Positions 56,292-64,000 of a stretch of DNA of 64,000 nt are shown piece after piece. Location: assembly GCA_016215405.1 (NCBI GenBank), contig JACRJQ010000007.1, forward strand, positions 150,298-214,297. Reading direction: 5' to 3'. Numbering within the stretch: position 1 is the stretch's first letter; every line of letters starts with the position of its first letter. Below the pieces are notes generated by a model that was not told where the DNA came from, did not search any database, and was given only the letters and a program-made list of their open reading frames with translations. Source of the DNA: Candidatus Tayloriibacteriota bacterium (GTDB lineage Bacteria; Patescibacteriota; Minisyncoccia; Phycocordibacterales; UBA6065). A program made the position numbers and the translations under genes.

Positions 56292-57277
56292 CGAGGACCG
56301 GCTCCGACTATCTCCCCTCTACAGCTTTGCCCTACTTCCGTTCGCGCCTCTGCGCATATAAGGAGGGCGCCATCTTTTAGTCCTAAGGCGCCGAGCCTCA
56401 TCGCGGCGCCTTTATAGCAGAGGTCCTGCCCTCCTCTTTCGCTTATCATCGCGCACCGCTCCTTTATCTCGGAAACGGAGCGGTCCACAGACTCTACGAC
56501 CACGCTTCCCCAGCCCAGATAGCACGCGTCTCTCTCGGGATTCCCTTTCGCCTCAGAGCACATATTGCCGACTCGGGCAGGATCGTCGGGAAAGATACCG
56601 CTCCACCAAGCGCCCATCTCGAAATAGCACGAGCGCCTGAAATCGAGCGATGAGAGCTCGTCGCAAGGAGCGTGCATATCCCCGTCGACTGGCCGCCTGA
56701 AGTCGAACGACGCTATGCCTCCGTCGAAGCGGATAGAGTTGTTATATTCCATGAATACGCCTGAGGTGCATCCGTAGAGAGGATCGGGCTGGTCGGTCTT
56801 CCTGCAGAGCTCGAGGGCTGGGACGAGCTTGTTGCGGCCCATGTGCTCCATGATCCCGTGGCCGATGCCGTGCTTACATCCTGTATCGCCCGTACCATAC
56901 CTTTCGGTACAGGCTCGGGCGAGCTCCTCTATTATTCCGACGCCCTTCTCTGCGATCGCCCGGCCTATAAAGCCGTGATAGCAGCCGAAAGCGAACTCCT
57001 CGTCGCAGGTCGCGAACCCATCAGATCCCATGATCTCGTAGAGATCTCTCCCGACGTCATGCGCCGCATTGTGCTGGGTATCGAAATCCTCTTTAGCGTA
57101 TCTCGCCTTAAACTCCTGATAGGCCTCTGCGGCTCCGACCTTCTCTGCACGCGCACGCAGGGCAAATGTGCTCTCGGTCCCCTCTCGCCCGTATAACAGG
57201 GCTACAGCGCAGACGGCCAGGGCGACCGCCCCAAAAAAGACGGCTCGCGCGCTTATTGTAAAAGCTTTCTTTGACAC
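56288..57277 (-). CDS. Cys/His-rich repeat protein, paralogue 5
   Basis: TCDEEFAFGCYHGFIG, GCKHGIGHGI, GCTSGVFMEYN, SCYFEMGAW, DACYLGWG. Stop overlaps paralogue 4's stop by 4 nt (convergent). Confidence 0.6.
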   Translation of the reverse strand: MSKKAFTISARAVFFGAVALAVCAVALLYGREGTESTFALRARAEKVGAAEAYQEFKARYAKEDFDTQHNAAHDVGRDLYEIMGSDGFATCDEEFAFGCYHGFIGRAIAEKGVGIIEELARACTERYGTGDTGCKHGIGHGIMEHMGRNKLVPALELCRKTDQPDPLYGCTSGVFMEYNNSIRFDGGIASFDFRRPVDGDMHAPCDELSSLDFRRSCYFEMGAWWSGIFPDDPARVGNMCSEAKGNPERDACYLGWGSVVVESVDRSVSEIKERCAMISERGGQDLCYKGAAMRLGALGLKDGALLICAEARTEVGQSCRGEIVGAGPR

Positions 57278-58452
57278 GATTGAGAATATTCTTCAGGCAC
57301 TGCGGCGCAGATCGCCTTACGGCCCTCGGAAGACAAATACGAGGAGGCATTACCAAAGAGGACGTCATAGCATGATGACTGGAGATCGGAGGGAGAGAGC
57401 TCACAGAAGCGCAAAGACGCCTTTGGGTCGTTCTCCCCTCCCCAGAATATAGAGCTCAGGGCAGATCCCATGCAGTCGATCTTTCCGTCTTCGGGCTTCG
57501 CGAGAGAGCACCATTCATAGACTCTCCTTAGCTGCTCGTCCGACATCCTGTCGATGGCACGGATGTCCCTGTTCTGAGCGAGGACGACGAACTCCTTTCC
57601 GAACCCGCCGAAACAGGCGCGCCTGTCGCCGTTAGTAAGAGGCTCACAGTATGTAAAAGCCTCCTTAAAATCCGCGGGCAAGGGATTCCCGAGATTCCCT
57701 CCTGCAGAGACGAAGAGATGAGGCGTTATGTACGTGTAGCACATGCCGCGGGCGGCCTCGTTCATGAAATCAGCCGAGCAGGGATAGAGAGGGTCTTCGG
57801 CCTTGAAATATTTCTTCGATTTCTCGAGCCACATCTCCCTGTCATGGACCCCTCCTATCATCTCCATGATCGTGCCCCCGACACACTCGGAATATTCGCG
57901 CCCTTTAGTCCCTGACTTCTCGCACATCTTCACAGCTAGAGGTAGCTCGTATTCGTTATACGCGAGGACGCCGTGCCCGAGCCCGTGGAAGCACATCGTG
58001 TAGGCGCCAGGACCTCCGGGAGCCTGCTTGCAAAGCTCGACGATCTCACCGAACGACTCAGGACCTTTCTCAAGAAGGGTCCCGATCACGATAGTGTGCG
58101 AGCAAGCATTCCTAAAATCGTCGGTACAGCTCAAGATACCCTCTGCCCCCTGCTGCTCGTAGAGGATGTCGCCTACGATATGGCCGAGAAGGTGCACGTC
58201 TATATTAGGCGGCAAGGGCGCCCTTTTAAGCACCTCGAACGCGTAGAGGGCGCCCTTATCCTCCGCGAGGCTAGAAAAATAGCTTGAGAGGTCCTTGAAC
58301 GACGCGTCTTTCGGTATCTCCATCGCCTCTGCGTATAGAGCGTCGCTGTCGCCCGAGAAAAGATAGGCGACTAGACAAACGTTCGCAAGGACGAGGAGGG
58401 CTATGGCGATCCCCGCAGACCCAGAGAACCATTTGATCGCCTTGCGAACCAT
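57253..58452 (-). CDS. Cys/His-rich repeat protein, paralogue 6
   Basis: VHLLGHIVGD, MCFHGLGHGV, ECVGGTIMEM, GMCYTYITP, RACFGGFG, SCYDVLFG. Confidence 0.6.
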   Translation of the reverse strand: MVRKAIKWFSGSAGIAIALLVLANVCLVAYLFSGDSDALYAEAMEIPKDASFKDLSSYFSSLAEDKGALYAFEVLKRAPLPPNIDVHLLGHIVGDILYEQQGAEGILSCTDDFRNACSHTIVIGTLLEKGPESFGEIVELCKQAPGGPGAYTMCFHGLGHGVLAYNEYELPLAVKMCEKSGTKGREYSECVGGTIMEMIGGVHDREMWLEKSKKYFKAEDPLYPCSADFMNEAARGMCYTYITPHLFVSAGGNLGNPLPADFKEAFTYCEPLTNGDRRACFGGFGKEFVVLAQNRDIRAIDRMSDEQLRRVYEWCSLAKPEDGKIDCMGSALSSIFWGGENDPKASLRFCELSPSDLQSSCYDVLFGNASSYLSSEGRKAICAAVPEEYSQSCQRKLLQ

Positions 58453-58453
58453 G

Positions 58454-58945
58454 CTATTCGGTGACGACGATCATACCGATCGCCCTCTGAGAGGCGTCGC
58501 ATCCGTATCCGTATATGCCTTTACCCTTCTCGAAGTCGGCCACGATCTCCTTCTTGGATTTTGCCGGGACCGAATACCTATCCTCGATGTTGAAACCTAT
58601 CATGTGTTCGACGGAGTCGTCGTTTACGAAGGTTATCTTTTGTCCAAAGGCCACCATCGCGACCGTCGGATTCGCGACGCAGGTCGATATATTGATCGTG
58701 TCTGTCTTGACCGCCGCTTCCAAGACCCGCTCCGCATGCTGCCTCTTCCTCTCCTCGAGGTCGTCGACCGCAGGAGTGTTCAATATCGCCTCGACATCAG
58801 TCCCTACCGTCTGGCCTTTATCTGCGGACGGCGAGGACGATCTGCCGAGAGAGGACCCCGGATTCTTCTCGACATAAATAAGGTAGCCAAGGACGAGGGC
58901 TGCGAGGACGAGACCACCTATCGTATATTTTGCTGTATTGCTCAT
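58454..58945 (-). CDS. membrane-anchored small cupredoxin/azurin-like beta-sandwich protein
   Basis: Start at MSNTAKYTIGG (TM); C-terminal CVANPTVAMVAFGQKITFVNDD...HMIGF...GYGCDASQRAIGMIVV. The ORF's first 42 codons (to 59071) were rejected. Confidence 0.45.
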   Translation of the reverse strand: MSNTAKYTIGGLVLAALVLGYLIYVEKNPGSSLGRSSSPSADKGQTVGTDVEAILNTPAVDDLEERKRQHAERVLEAAVKTDTINISTCVANPTVAMVAFGQKITFVNDDSVEHMIGFNIEDRYSVPAKSKKEIVADFEKGKGIYGYGCDASQRAIGMIVVTE

Positions 58946-59029
58946 GGTTTTGCTTATTAAGCTCCGATAATTATAGCATTCCGAGCCGGCCCAAGGGTGC
59001 GTGATATAATCATGCGGACCATCTAACCT

Positions 59030-59746
59030 ATGCGCGCAATGAACCATCTCCTCCGTCGACTCTTTCCACACGCCGAGGCCTGGCTCACACCTGCGGCGAT
59101 CGTGCTAGGCTCGATCATCATCGCCTCGAGCATAGCCTTAAGCGGCGAAAAGAGAACGATCCCTCCGCAGCCTGGACGCGAGCCTGTCACGACCCTCAAG
59201 ATACCCGCCCTCAATCCCTCAGACCACGTCTTGGGAAATCGAAATGCCCCTGTGATCATGATCGAGTACTCCGATACCGAATGCCCGTTCTGTAAACGCT
59301 TCCATTCTACTCTCCAAAAGATAATGAAAGAGTACGGGAGCGAAGGCGATGTCGCTTGGGCCTTCCGTCACTTTCCGGTACACAAGAAGTCCATGAAAGA
59401 AGGACATGCTCTCGAGTGCGCCGCCGAACTTGGAGGAAACGAGGTGTTCTGGAAATACGCCGACCGGATATTCGAAGAGACCTCCTCGAACGACAGCCTC
59501 GATCTCGGCCTCCTGAGGCCTTTTGCGGCCGATCTCGGCCTTGACGTCGAGGCTTTCGGCGAATGCCTCGAAAGCGGGAAATACGATGAGAAGATGACCG
59601 ATCAGAGGAGCGAGGCCGACGCTGCGGGAGCAAAAGGAACGCCATGGACAGTCATAGTCTCTAAGGGGCGATGGATCCCCCTCAACGGAGCGGTGCCGTA
59701 CGAGACCGTCGAATCGATCGTAAAAGAAGCCCTCCGCGCGCGCTAA
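59030..59746 (+). CDS. DsbA-like thioredoxin-fold thiol:disulfide oxidoreductase, paralogue 2
   Basis: TM, then YSDTECPFCKRFH...GDVAWAFRHFPV; strongly similar to the 45372 gene product. Confidence 0.8.
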   Translation: MRAMNHLLRRLFPHAEAWLTPAAIVLGSIIIASSIALSGEKRTIPPQPGREPVTTLKIPALNPSDHVLGNRNAPVIMIEYSDTECPFCKRFHSTLQKIMKEYGSEGDVAWAFRHFPVHKKSMKEGHALECAAELGGNEVFWKYADRIFEETSSNDSLDLGLLRPFAADLGLDVEAFGECLESGKYDEKMTDQRSEADAAGAKGTPWTVIVSKGRWIPLNGAVPYETVESIVKEALRAR

Positions 59747-59756
59747 GAGAGGAAAT

Positions 59757-60437
59757 ATGAAAGAACCGAGCATCATCGTCCCTTTCCATAACGAAGAAGG
59801 GTGCGTGGCGTTCGTCATAGAGGAGATCCTTCGGGAATTCCCCGATGCTGAGATCGTGGCGATAGACGACGGCTCCACCGATCGCACGAGGGAGATCCTC
59901 AAGAGGTTCGAGCGCGTGCGCCTCATCGCCTTCGAACAGCGGCTCGGCCAAAGCGCGGCTCTTTGGGCCGGCCTTCGAAAAGCGACTCGTGAGATATGCG
60001 TCCTTATGGATGGGGACGGAGAGAGCGATCCGAGGGACATACGCGCGCTCCTGAAGCTCCTCGATACGAACGACTTCGCATGCGGCTACCGTATCGGACG
60101 GCAAGACGGCGCGATGAAACGGATAGCCTCAGCGGCGGCGAACAGGCTTCGCAAAGCCGTCACGAAGGACTCCGCCAAAGATACGGGCGCGATGAAAGCG
60201 ATACGAAGAATCCACGCGCCGCATCTCGTCCCCTTCGAAGGCATGCATCGGTTCGTGCCCGCCCTTTTACAGGGAGCAGGGCTCACATTGGGACAAGCGC
60301 CGGTCAGAGCGCGAAGACGCTACGCCGGAAAGTCGAAATACGGCATATGGGATAGAGCGAGAAGAGGGCTTTTAGACCTTATGGGAGTAAAATGGATCAT
60401 GTCGAGAAGGATCGACCCTAACAAAAGCGATGAATAG
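59757..60437 (+). CDS. family-2 glycosyltransferase (polyprenol-phosphate sugar synthase, DPM1/GtrB-like)
   Basis: IIVPFHNEE...AIDDGSTD...D-x-D GT2 signatures; 226 aa. Confidence 0.85.
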   Translation: MKEPSIIVPFHNEEGCVAFVIEEILREFPDAEIVAIDDGSTDRTREILKRFERVRLIAFEQRLGQSAALWAGLRKATREICVLMDGDGESDPRDIRALLKLLDTNDFACGYRIGRQDGAMKRIASAAANRLRKAVTKDSAKDTGAMKAIRRIHAPHLVPFEGMHRFVPALLQGAGLTLGQAPVRARRRYAGKSKYGIWDRARRGLLDLMGVKWIMSRRIDPNKSDE

Positions 60438-60729
60438 CGTCTTATTCGCAGTATCGGGGATACAGGTGACGATATGGACCGTGACAGGGCTCGCCGGCGC
60501 CGCGCTTTTCGCGTCTCGATGGGTCGTGCAGGTCTTTCATTCAAAGGCCTACGGAAGCTCTTCGATCCCTCCGCTTTTTTGGTATATGAGCGCGGCCGGA
60601 AGCGTCCTTCTCATCGCGTATTTCTCGTTCGGAGCGAGAGACCTCGTCGGAGTCGCCTCGAACGCGCTCCCCCTCCTCGTATCTTCGTACAACCTATATC
60701 TCGTATGCAAAGAAAGAGCAAAAAGATAG
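60430..60729 (+). CDS. lipid-A-biosynthesis N-terminal domain-like (LAB_N) small membrane protein
   Basis: FASRWVVQ motif, three TM segments, classic position after a GtrB-like GT2. Confidence 0.55.
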   Translation: MNSVLFAVSGIQVTIWTVTGLAGAALFASRWVVQVFHSKAYGSSSIPPLFWYMSAAGSVLLIAYFSFGARDLVGVASNALPLLVSSYNLYLVCKERAKR

Positions 60730-62303
60730 CGGCTGCGGTCCTCGCGTCTATAGCCATCGGAGCGATAGGTTACTTCGTCTCGAGGGAGAGCGCCCTCCTG
60801 TCGGAGACAGAGCGGGACGCGGCGCTGTCAGCGGAAGCAGTAAGTAGGGTGCGGTCGTTCCTCGACTACACCGTCTCCTCCATAGACCCTGAAACCAGCC
60901 TGTTTCCGCGCGACCGGGCGGGCGCCATCTGGGCGCCGCGCGATAACGCCGCTGATGACTATCCTTACGCAGTGATAGCGGCGAAGCTCTTTGGAAAAGA
61001 GGATGACTTGCACGCGCTCGAACGCGTCCTCGAATCGGAGAGATCCGTCACCATTCGCGAAAACGGCCTTGTAGACGATTACGATTTCGACAAAGGGCGA
61101 TTCTTCCTGCCTCGCGACCCAGAGAGGTTACTGTTAAATAACGCCGAGTACGCCAAAGACGGACTCCTTCCTATAGTGGATGCCCTCGGAAAGGATTCGC
61201 CGTGGACCGAGCGCTTGATCTCGATCATCGATTCGATCTGGGATGCGAAACAGCTCTGGAGCTCCGAGACCTTGCCTTCATCGCGGCTCGAGACGAACGG
61301 CGATCTGCTTCAGGTCCTCTCACGCCTCTACTGGCTCACCGGCGACGAAGAATATCTCGAAAAAGCGAGAGGTATCGCGGACCATTATCTCCTCACGGAA
61401 CCTTTGGTCGCGTCGGGAACCCCTCTCCAGCTCAGAGACCACGCGAACGAGGTCATAGTCGGCCTCTCCGAGCTCTATTTCGCCTTCGACCATGCGGACA
61501 AAAACAAGACGGTTCTCTATCGAAAGCCTCTTCGCGACCTCTACGAAGCCGTGCTCGAGGAAGGTAGGACCGACGAGGGGCTCGTACTCTCATCGGCTGG
61601 AGGCGACGCTCTCACGGATAACTGGGGCTATATCATGAACGCCATACGAACAGTCGCGGATATCGAAGACGACGAAGGATATCGGGCCGAGACCGTCCGA
61701 ACAGCAGAAGCCGTCGCGAGCCTCGGCGAACGCGTCTGGGAAGAAAGATATCCTTTCGATGGATACGCTGACACCATCGAGAGCGCCATCATGACGCTCT
61801 CTTACTACCCAGCCCCACCCCTCTTCTCCTGGGTCGCCGAGAATATGGAAAGGCTCTGGAAACTCGAAGACAGCCTCGTCTCGAAGGGCCCCAACTATCT
61901 GTATGGGAATGTCGCTCGCACGAACATGCTGTATGCGCTCATGAAATCGAAAGGCTTCACCCTCGAGCCTTGGCCGGAGAACGGCGGATTGGCGGCGAAA
62001 AGCGGCGAAGACGGGATCGAGCTCTTCATATATCTGCCTCCAGGCTCTGAATGGAAAGGGATTCTCAAAGCTTCGCCTGCGCGCCATTCGACCATCTGGA
62101 GTATGCCGTCGAACTATCCTCGAATCAACGCGCTTTTGGAATGGTTCGTCCCGAATGCAGATGTCGAATACGCGCTCTCGAGTGGCCCCGCCTCCGAGCG
62201 ATCAAAGGTGACGGGCGCCCGCCTGCTCGAGGGCGTCGCTCTCGAACTGAGCGAAAGCGGCGTTATAGAGATAGCGCCTGCGAGGCTCGGTCAGAATCGA
62301 TAG
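60705..62303 (+). CDS. hypothetical membrane-anchored protein, probably all-alpha (possible (alpha/alpha)6-toroid hydrolase-like)
   Basis: Start at MQRKSKK (TM). The upstream 77 ORF codons overlap the LAB_N gene and were rejected. Function not recognisable. Confidence 0.4.
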   Translation: MQRKSKKIAAAVLASIAIGAIGYFVSRESALLSETERDAALSAEAVSRVRSFLDYTVSSIDPETSLFPRDRAGAIWAPRDNAADDYPYAVIAAKLFGKEDDLHALERVLESERSVTIRENGLVDDYDFDKGRFFLPRDPERLLLNNAEYAKDGLLPIVDALGKDSPWTERLISIIDSIWDAKQLWSSETLPSSRLETNGDLLQVLSRLYWLTGDEEYLEKARGIADHYLLTEPLVASGTPLQLRDHANEVIVGLSELYFAFDHADKNKTVLYRKPLRDLYEAVLEEGRTDEGLVLSSAGGDALTDNWGYIMNAIRTVADIEDDEGYRAETVRTAEAVASLGERVWEERYPFDGYADTIESAIMTLSYYPAPPLFSWVAENMERLWKLEDSLVSKGPNYLYGNVARTNMLYALMKSKGFTLEPWPENGGLAAKSGEDGIELFIYLPPGSEWKGILKASPARHSTIWSMPSNYPRINALLEWFVPNADVEYALSSGPASERSKVTGARLLEGVALELSESGVIEIAPARLGQNR

Positions 62304-63769
62304 AGCCAGATTTTAGAATCTTCGCTTTCACCGGAATCGTGATAGACGAGAGATATCCCCGGGTCCGACTCGAGATACGAGACGATCTGAGCCAGCCTGT
62401 ATCGCGCCATCCCGTCGATGACGACGAAGCCGTGGCCTGTAGGGACGAGTTCGCGAAGCGAATCGACGCCATATAGTATAGGGGCTCCAGCATAGTAATC
62501 GACGCCGTTGGCGACCCCTTTGGATTCGTCTCCTTTCTTGCCTATGCTCATAAGGAGCCATCGCCCCGGCTCGCCCAGATACACCCGGTGGAGCTGCGCA
62601 TAAGGAGATATGACGAGGTCGCCCTGTGCCCCAAGCTCTCGAATCTTGCGGAACGTTGATTTGAAATCAGGCTGTGGAGAACCGAATTCCAGACGATACT
62701 CAGACTTCGGGACGAAAGTGAGGCTCGAGAAAAAAATAGCGAGGACGGAGAGCGCGGATGCGAAGGAAGCCAAGAGACGGTCTTTTAATATGAAAGTGAG
62801 CAGCTGGCGGGCGCCGTAGATCCCCAAGACCGCCATAAGTGGCAGGAATGGAATGAGATATCGATACTGCGTCGCTCCGCTCCCGATTGTCGCGACAATG
62901 AGAGACCCTGATACGAGAGCGAGGATCGCCGCCGTCGGCCTGCGCGCCTCCTTTAAGGCGAGACCGACCGCCGCGCCGCAAGAAGCGAGCACGGTGAAAG
63001 GCAGCATGTCCCCGAAGAGAAACGGCAAGAATCTCGCGGCGTAAGCAAACTCGCGAAGCCCTCCTTCACGGAAGATCTCTACCGCGAAAAGGCCGAGAGC
63101 GACGGATATGGCGGTGTAACCCACAAGCGCCGCGAATCCGCCCTTACGATCGCCTCGCTGAGAGAAATGGCCCCATAGGAGGAGCGCTGCATGGGCCGGA
63201 ACAAAGGCGAACCCGACCGGATGAGAGAGCGCCCCGAGGACGATCGCTCCGAGGGAGGCCCATGCATGGGAAGGCTTCCTCGAGTCGAGATATTTCGCGA
63301 AGAGCCAGAGCGCCGATACGACGAAGAAGGAAACGAGGATGATCCCCCTGGCCTGCCGCGACCACGCGATCTCGAGGCTCGAGAACGACACGATAAAGGC
63401 CACCAAGAGAGACCCGAGGCGGTCCCTGAAAAGCCTCTGCGCGAGAGCGTATGAGACGAACACGAGAGCGCAGCCGAAAAGCGCGGCAGGGACGCGGGCC
63501 GACCAAGGAGAGAATGGGTCAAAAGCGAACACTTTCATCGAGAGCGCGACCAGATACGAAGAAAGGACGCTGTGCGAATAGACCGCGCCTGAAGGAAGCA
63601 CAGGGACGCCCTCCTCGGCTATCGAAAGCGCGGCGTTTATCGTATAGCCCTCGTCGATCCAAAGAGACTGCTCGCCAAGGCTATAGAACCTTAAGGCTGT
63701 CGCGCTCAGAGCGAGCGCGAAAAGCGCTACGACCGCGACCTTTGCGCTGAAAAAAATCTTTTCTGTCAT
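62291..63769 (-). CDS. GT-C family glycosyltransferase (ArnT/PMT, GT39/GT83-like)
   Basis: LRFYSLGEQSLWIDEGYT N-terminal motif, >10 TM segments; 492 aa. Confidence 0.75.
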   Translation of the reverse strand: MTEKIFFSAKVAVVALFALALSATALRFYSLGEQSLWIDEGYTINAALSIAEEGVPVLPSGAVYSHSVLSSYLVALSMKVFAFDPFSPWSARVPAALFGCALVFVSYALAQRLFRDRLGSLLVAFIVSFSSLEIAWSRQARGIILVSFFVVSALWLFAKYLDSRKPSHAWASLGAIVLGALSHPVGFAFVPAHAALLLWGHFSQRGDRKGGFAALVGYTAISVALGLFAVEIFREGGLREFAYAARFLPFLFGDMLPFTVLASCGAAVGLALKEARRPTAAILALVSGSLIVATIGSGATQYRYLIPFLPLMAVLGIYGARQLLTFILKDRLLASFASALSVLAIFFSSLTFVPKSEYRLEFGSPQPDFKSTFRKIRELGAQGDLVISPYAQLHRVYLGEPGRWLLMSIGKKGDESKGVANGVDYYAGAPILYGVDSLRELVPTGHGFVVIDGMARYRLAQIVSYLESDPGISLVYHDSGESEDSKIWLYRF

Positions 63770-63810
63770 TCGTTTCCTGTAAACGCCTCAAGCCCTTACC
63801 CTACCCACCC

Positions 63811-64000
63811 CTACCAGCAGACCCACTCGCACGGCGGACAGGTGACGGTATAGGTATAGCCATCCCAATCATCCCAACAATCTCCGCAATAATACTCCCA
63901 TGTACAGTAGTAAGCCTCCTCGTAGTAATAGCCCTCGTCATAATACCAACCCTGGCCGTAATAGTAGCCTTGGTAATATCCTTGGCCGTAATAATATCCC
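63811..64000 (-). CDS. Tyr/Gly/Cys-rich low-complexity peptide (partial; start beyond window end)
   Basis: Minus-strand frame reads ...GYYYGQGYYQGYYYGQGWYYDEGYYYEEAYYCTWEYYCGDCWDDWDGYTYTVTCPPCEWVCW-stop. Confidence 0.3.
   Translation of the reverse strand, partial: GYYYGQGYYQGYYYGQGWYYDEGYYYEEAYYCTWEYYCGDCWDDWDGYTYTVTCPPCEWVCW

Noticed and set aside
58946-59071. 42-codon N-terminal extension (MWKESTEEMVHCAHRL…) of the cupredoxin-like gene
   Set aside because: It precedes a typical Met-Ser-Asn-Thr plus TM signal-anchor start and runs into the divergent DsbA promoter region.
60474-60704. 77-codon N-terminal extension (Arg-rich) of the 60705 gene
   Set aside because: It overlaps the LAB_N gene in another frame and has an Arg-rich low-complexity composition typical of GC-driven spurious frames; MQRKSKK followed by a TM helix is a normal start.

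Overview
This is a high-GC (~60%) bacterial chromosomal segment, gene-dense and mostly housekeeping. The window holds: the str-operon ribosomal genes rpsL, rpsG and a partial fusA; rpmB and rplS; glmS, pgk and tpiA; recJ, rnhA, queA and folD; a Fe/Mn superoxide dismutase; and a complete Gram-positive/CPR-style type IV pilus gene set (pilB, pilC, pilM/N/O, three prepilins and a large PilX-like protein). The content (split ComEC, type IV pili, many peptidoglycan-binding and small membrane proteins) suggests a small-genome, possibly Patescibacteria-like bacterium, but that is inference only. There are five tRNAs (Arg-CCG, Arg-UCU, His, Leu-GAG, Val-UAC) and many rho-independent terminators. Two regions stand out. 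The first is a ~4.5 kb low-GC island at ~29.0-33.5 kb. It carries a KAP-family P-loop NTPase plus SIR2-like two-gene operon, preceded by a tRNA-Glu-like structure with a 28-nt insertion, and next to it an AAA_21 ABC-ATPase plus RloB/Toprim-like module. This looks like a horizontally acquired anti-phage defence island, and the KAP+SIR2 pairing is a candidate undescribed system. The second is a ~14 kb extracytoplasmic locus at 45.3-59.7 kb, bracketed by two DsbA-like thioredoxin paralogues. It contains six tandem paralogues of an unrecognised Cys/His-rich repeat protein family (recurring C-Y-H-G-[IF]-G-H motifs), two of them fused to cupredoxin-like domains. It also holds free-standing cupredoxin-like proteins and a 760-aa Cys-rich secreted protein with thrombospondin-type-1-like repeats. 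No CRISPR array, rRNA gene or transposase was seen. All calls come from reading the sequence and the ORF translations against remembered family motifs; no database search was run.
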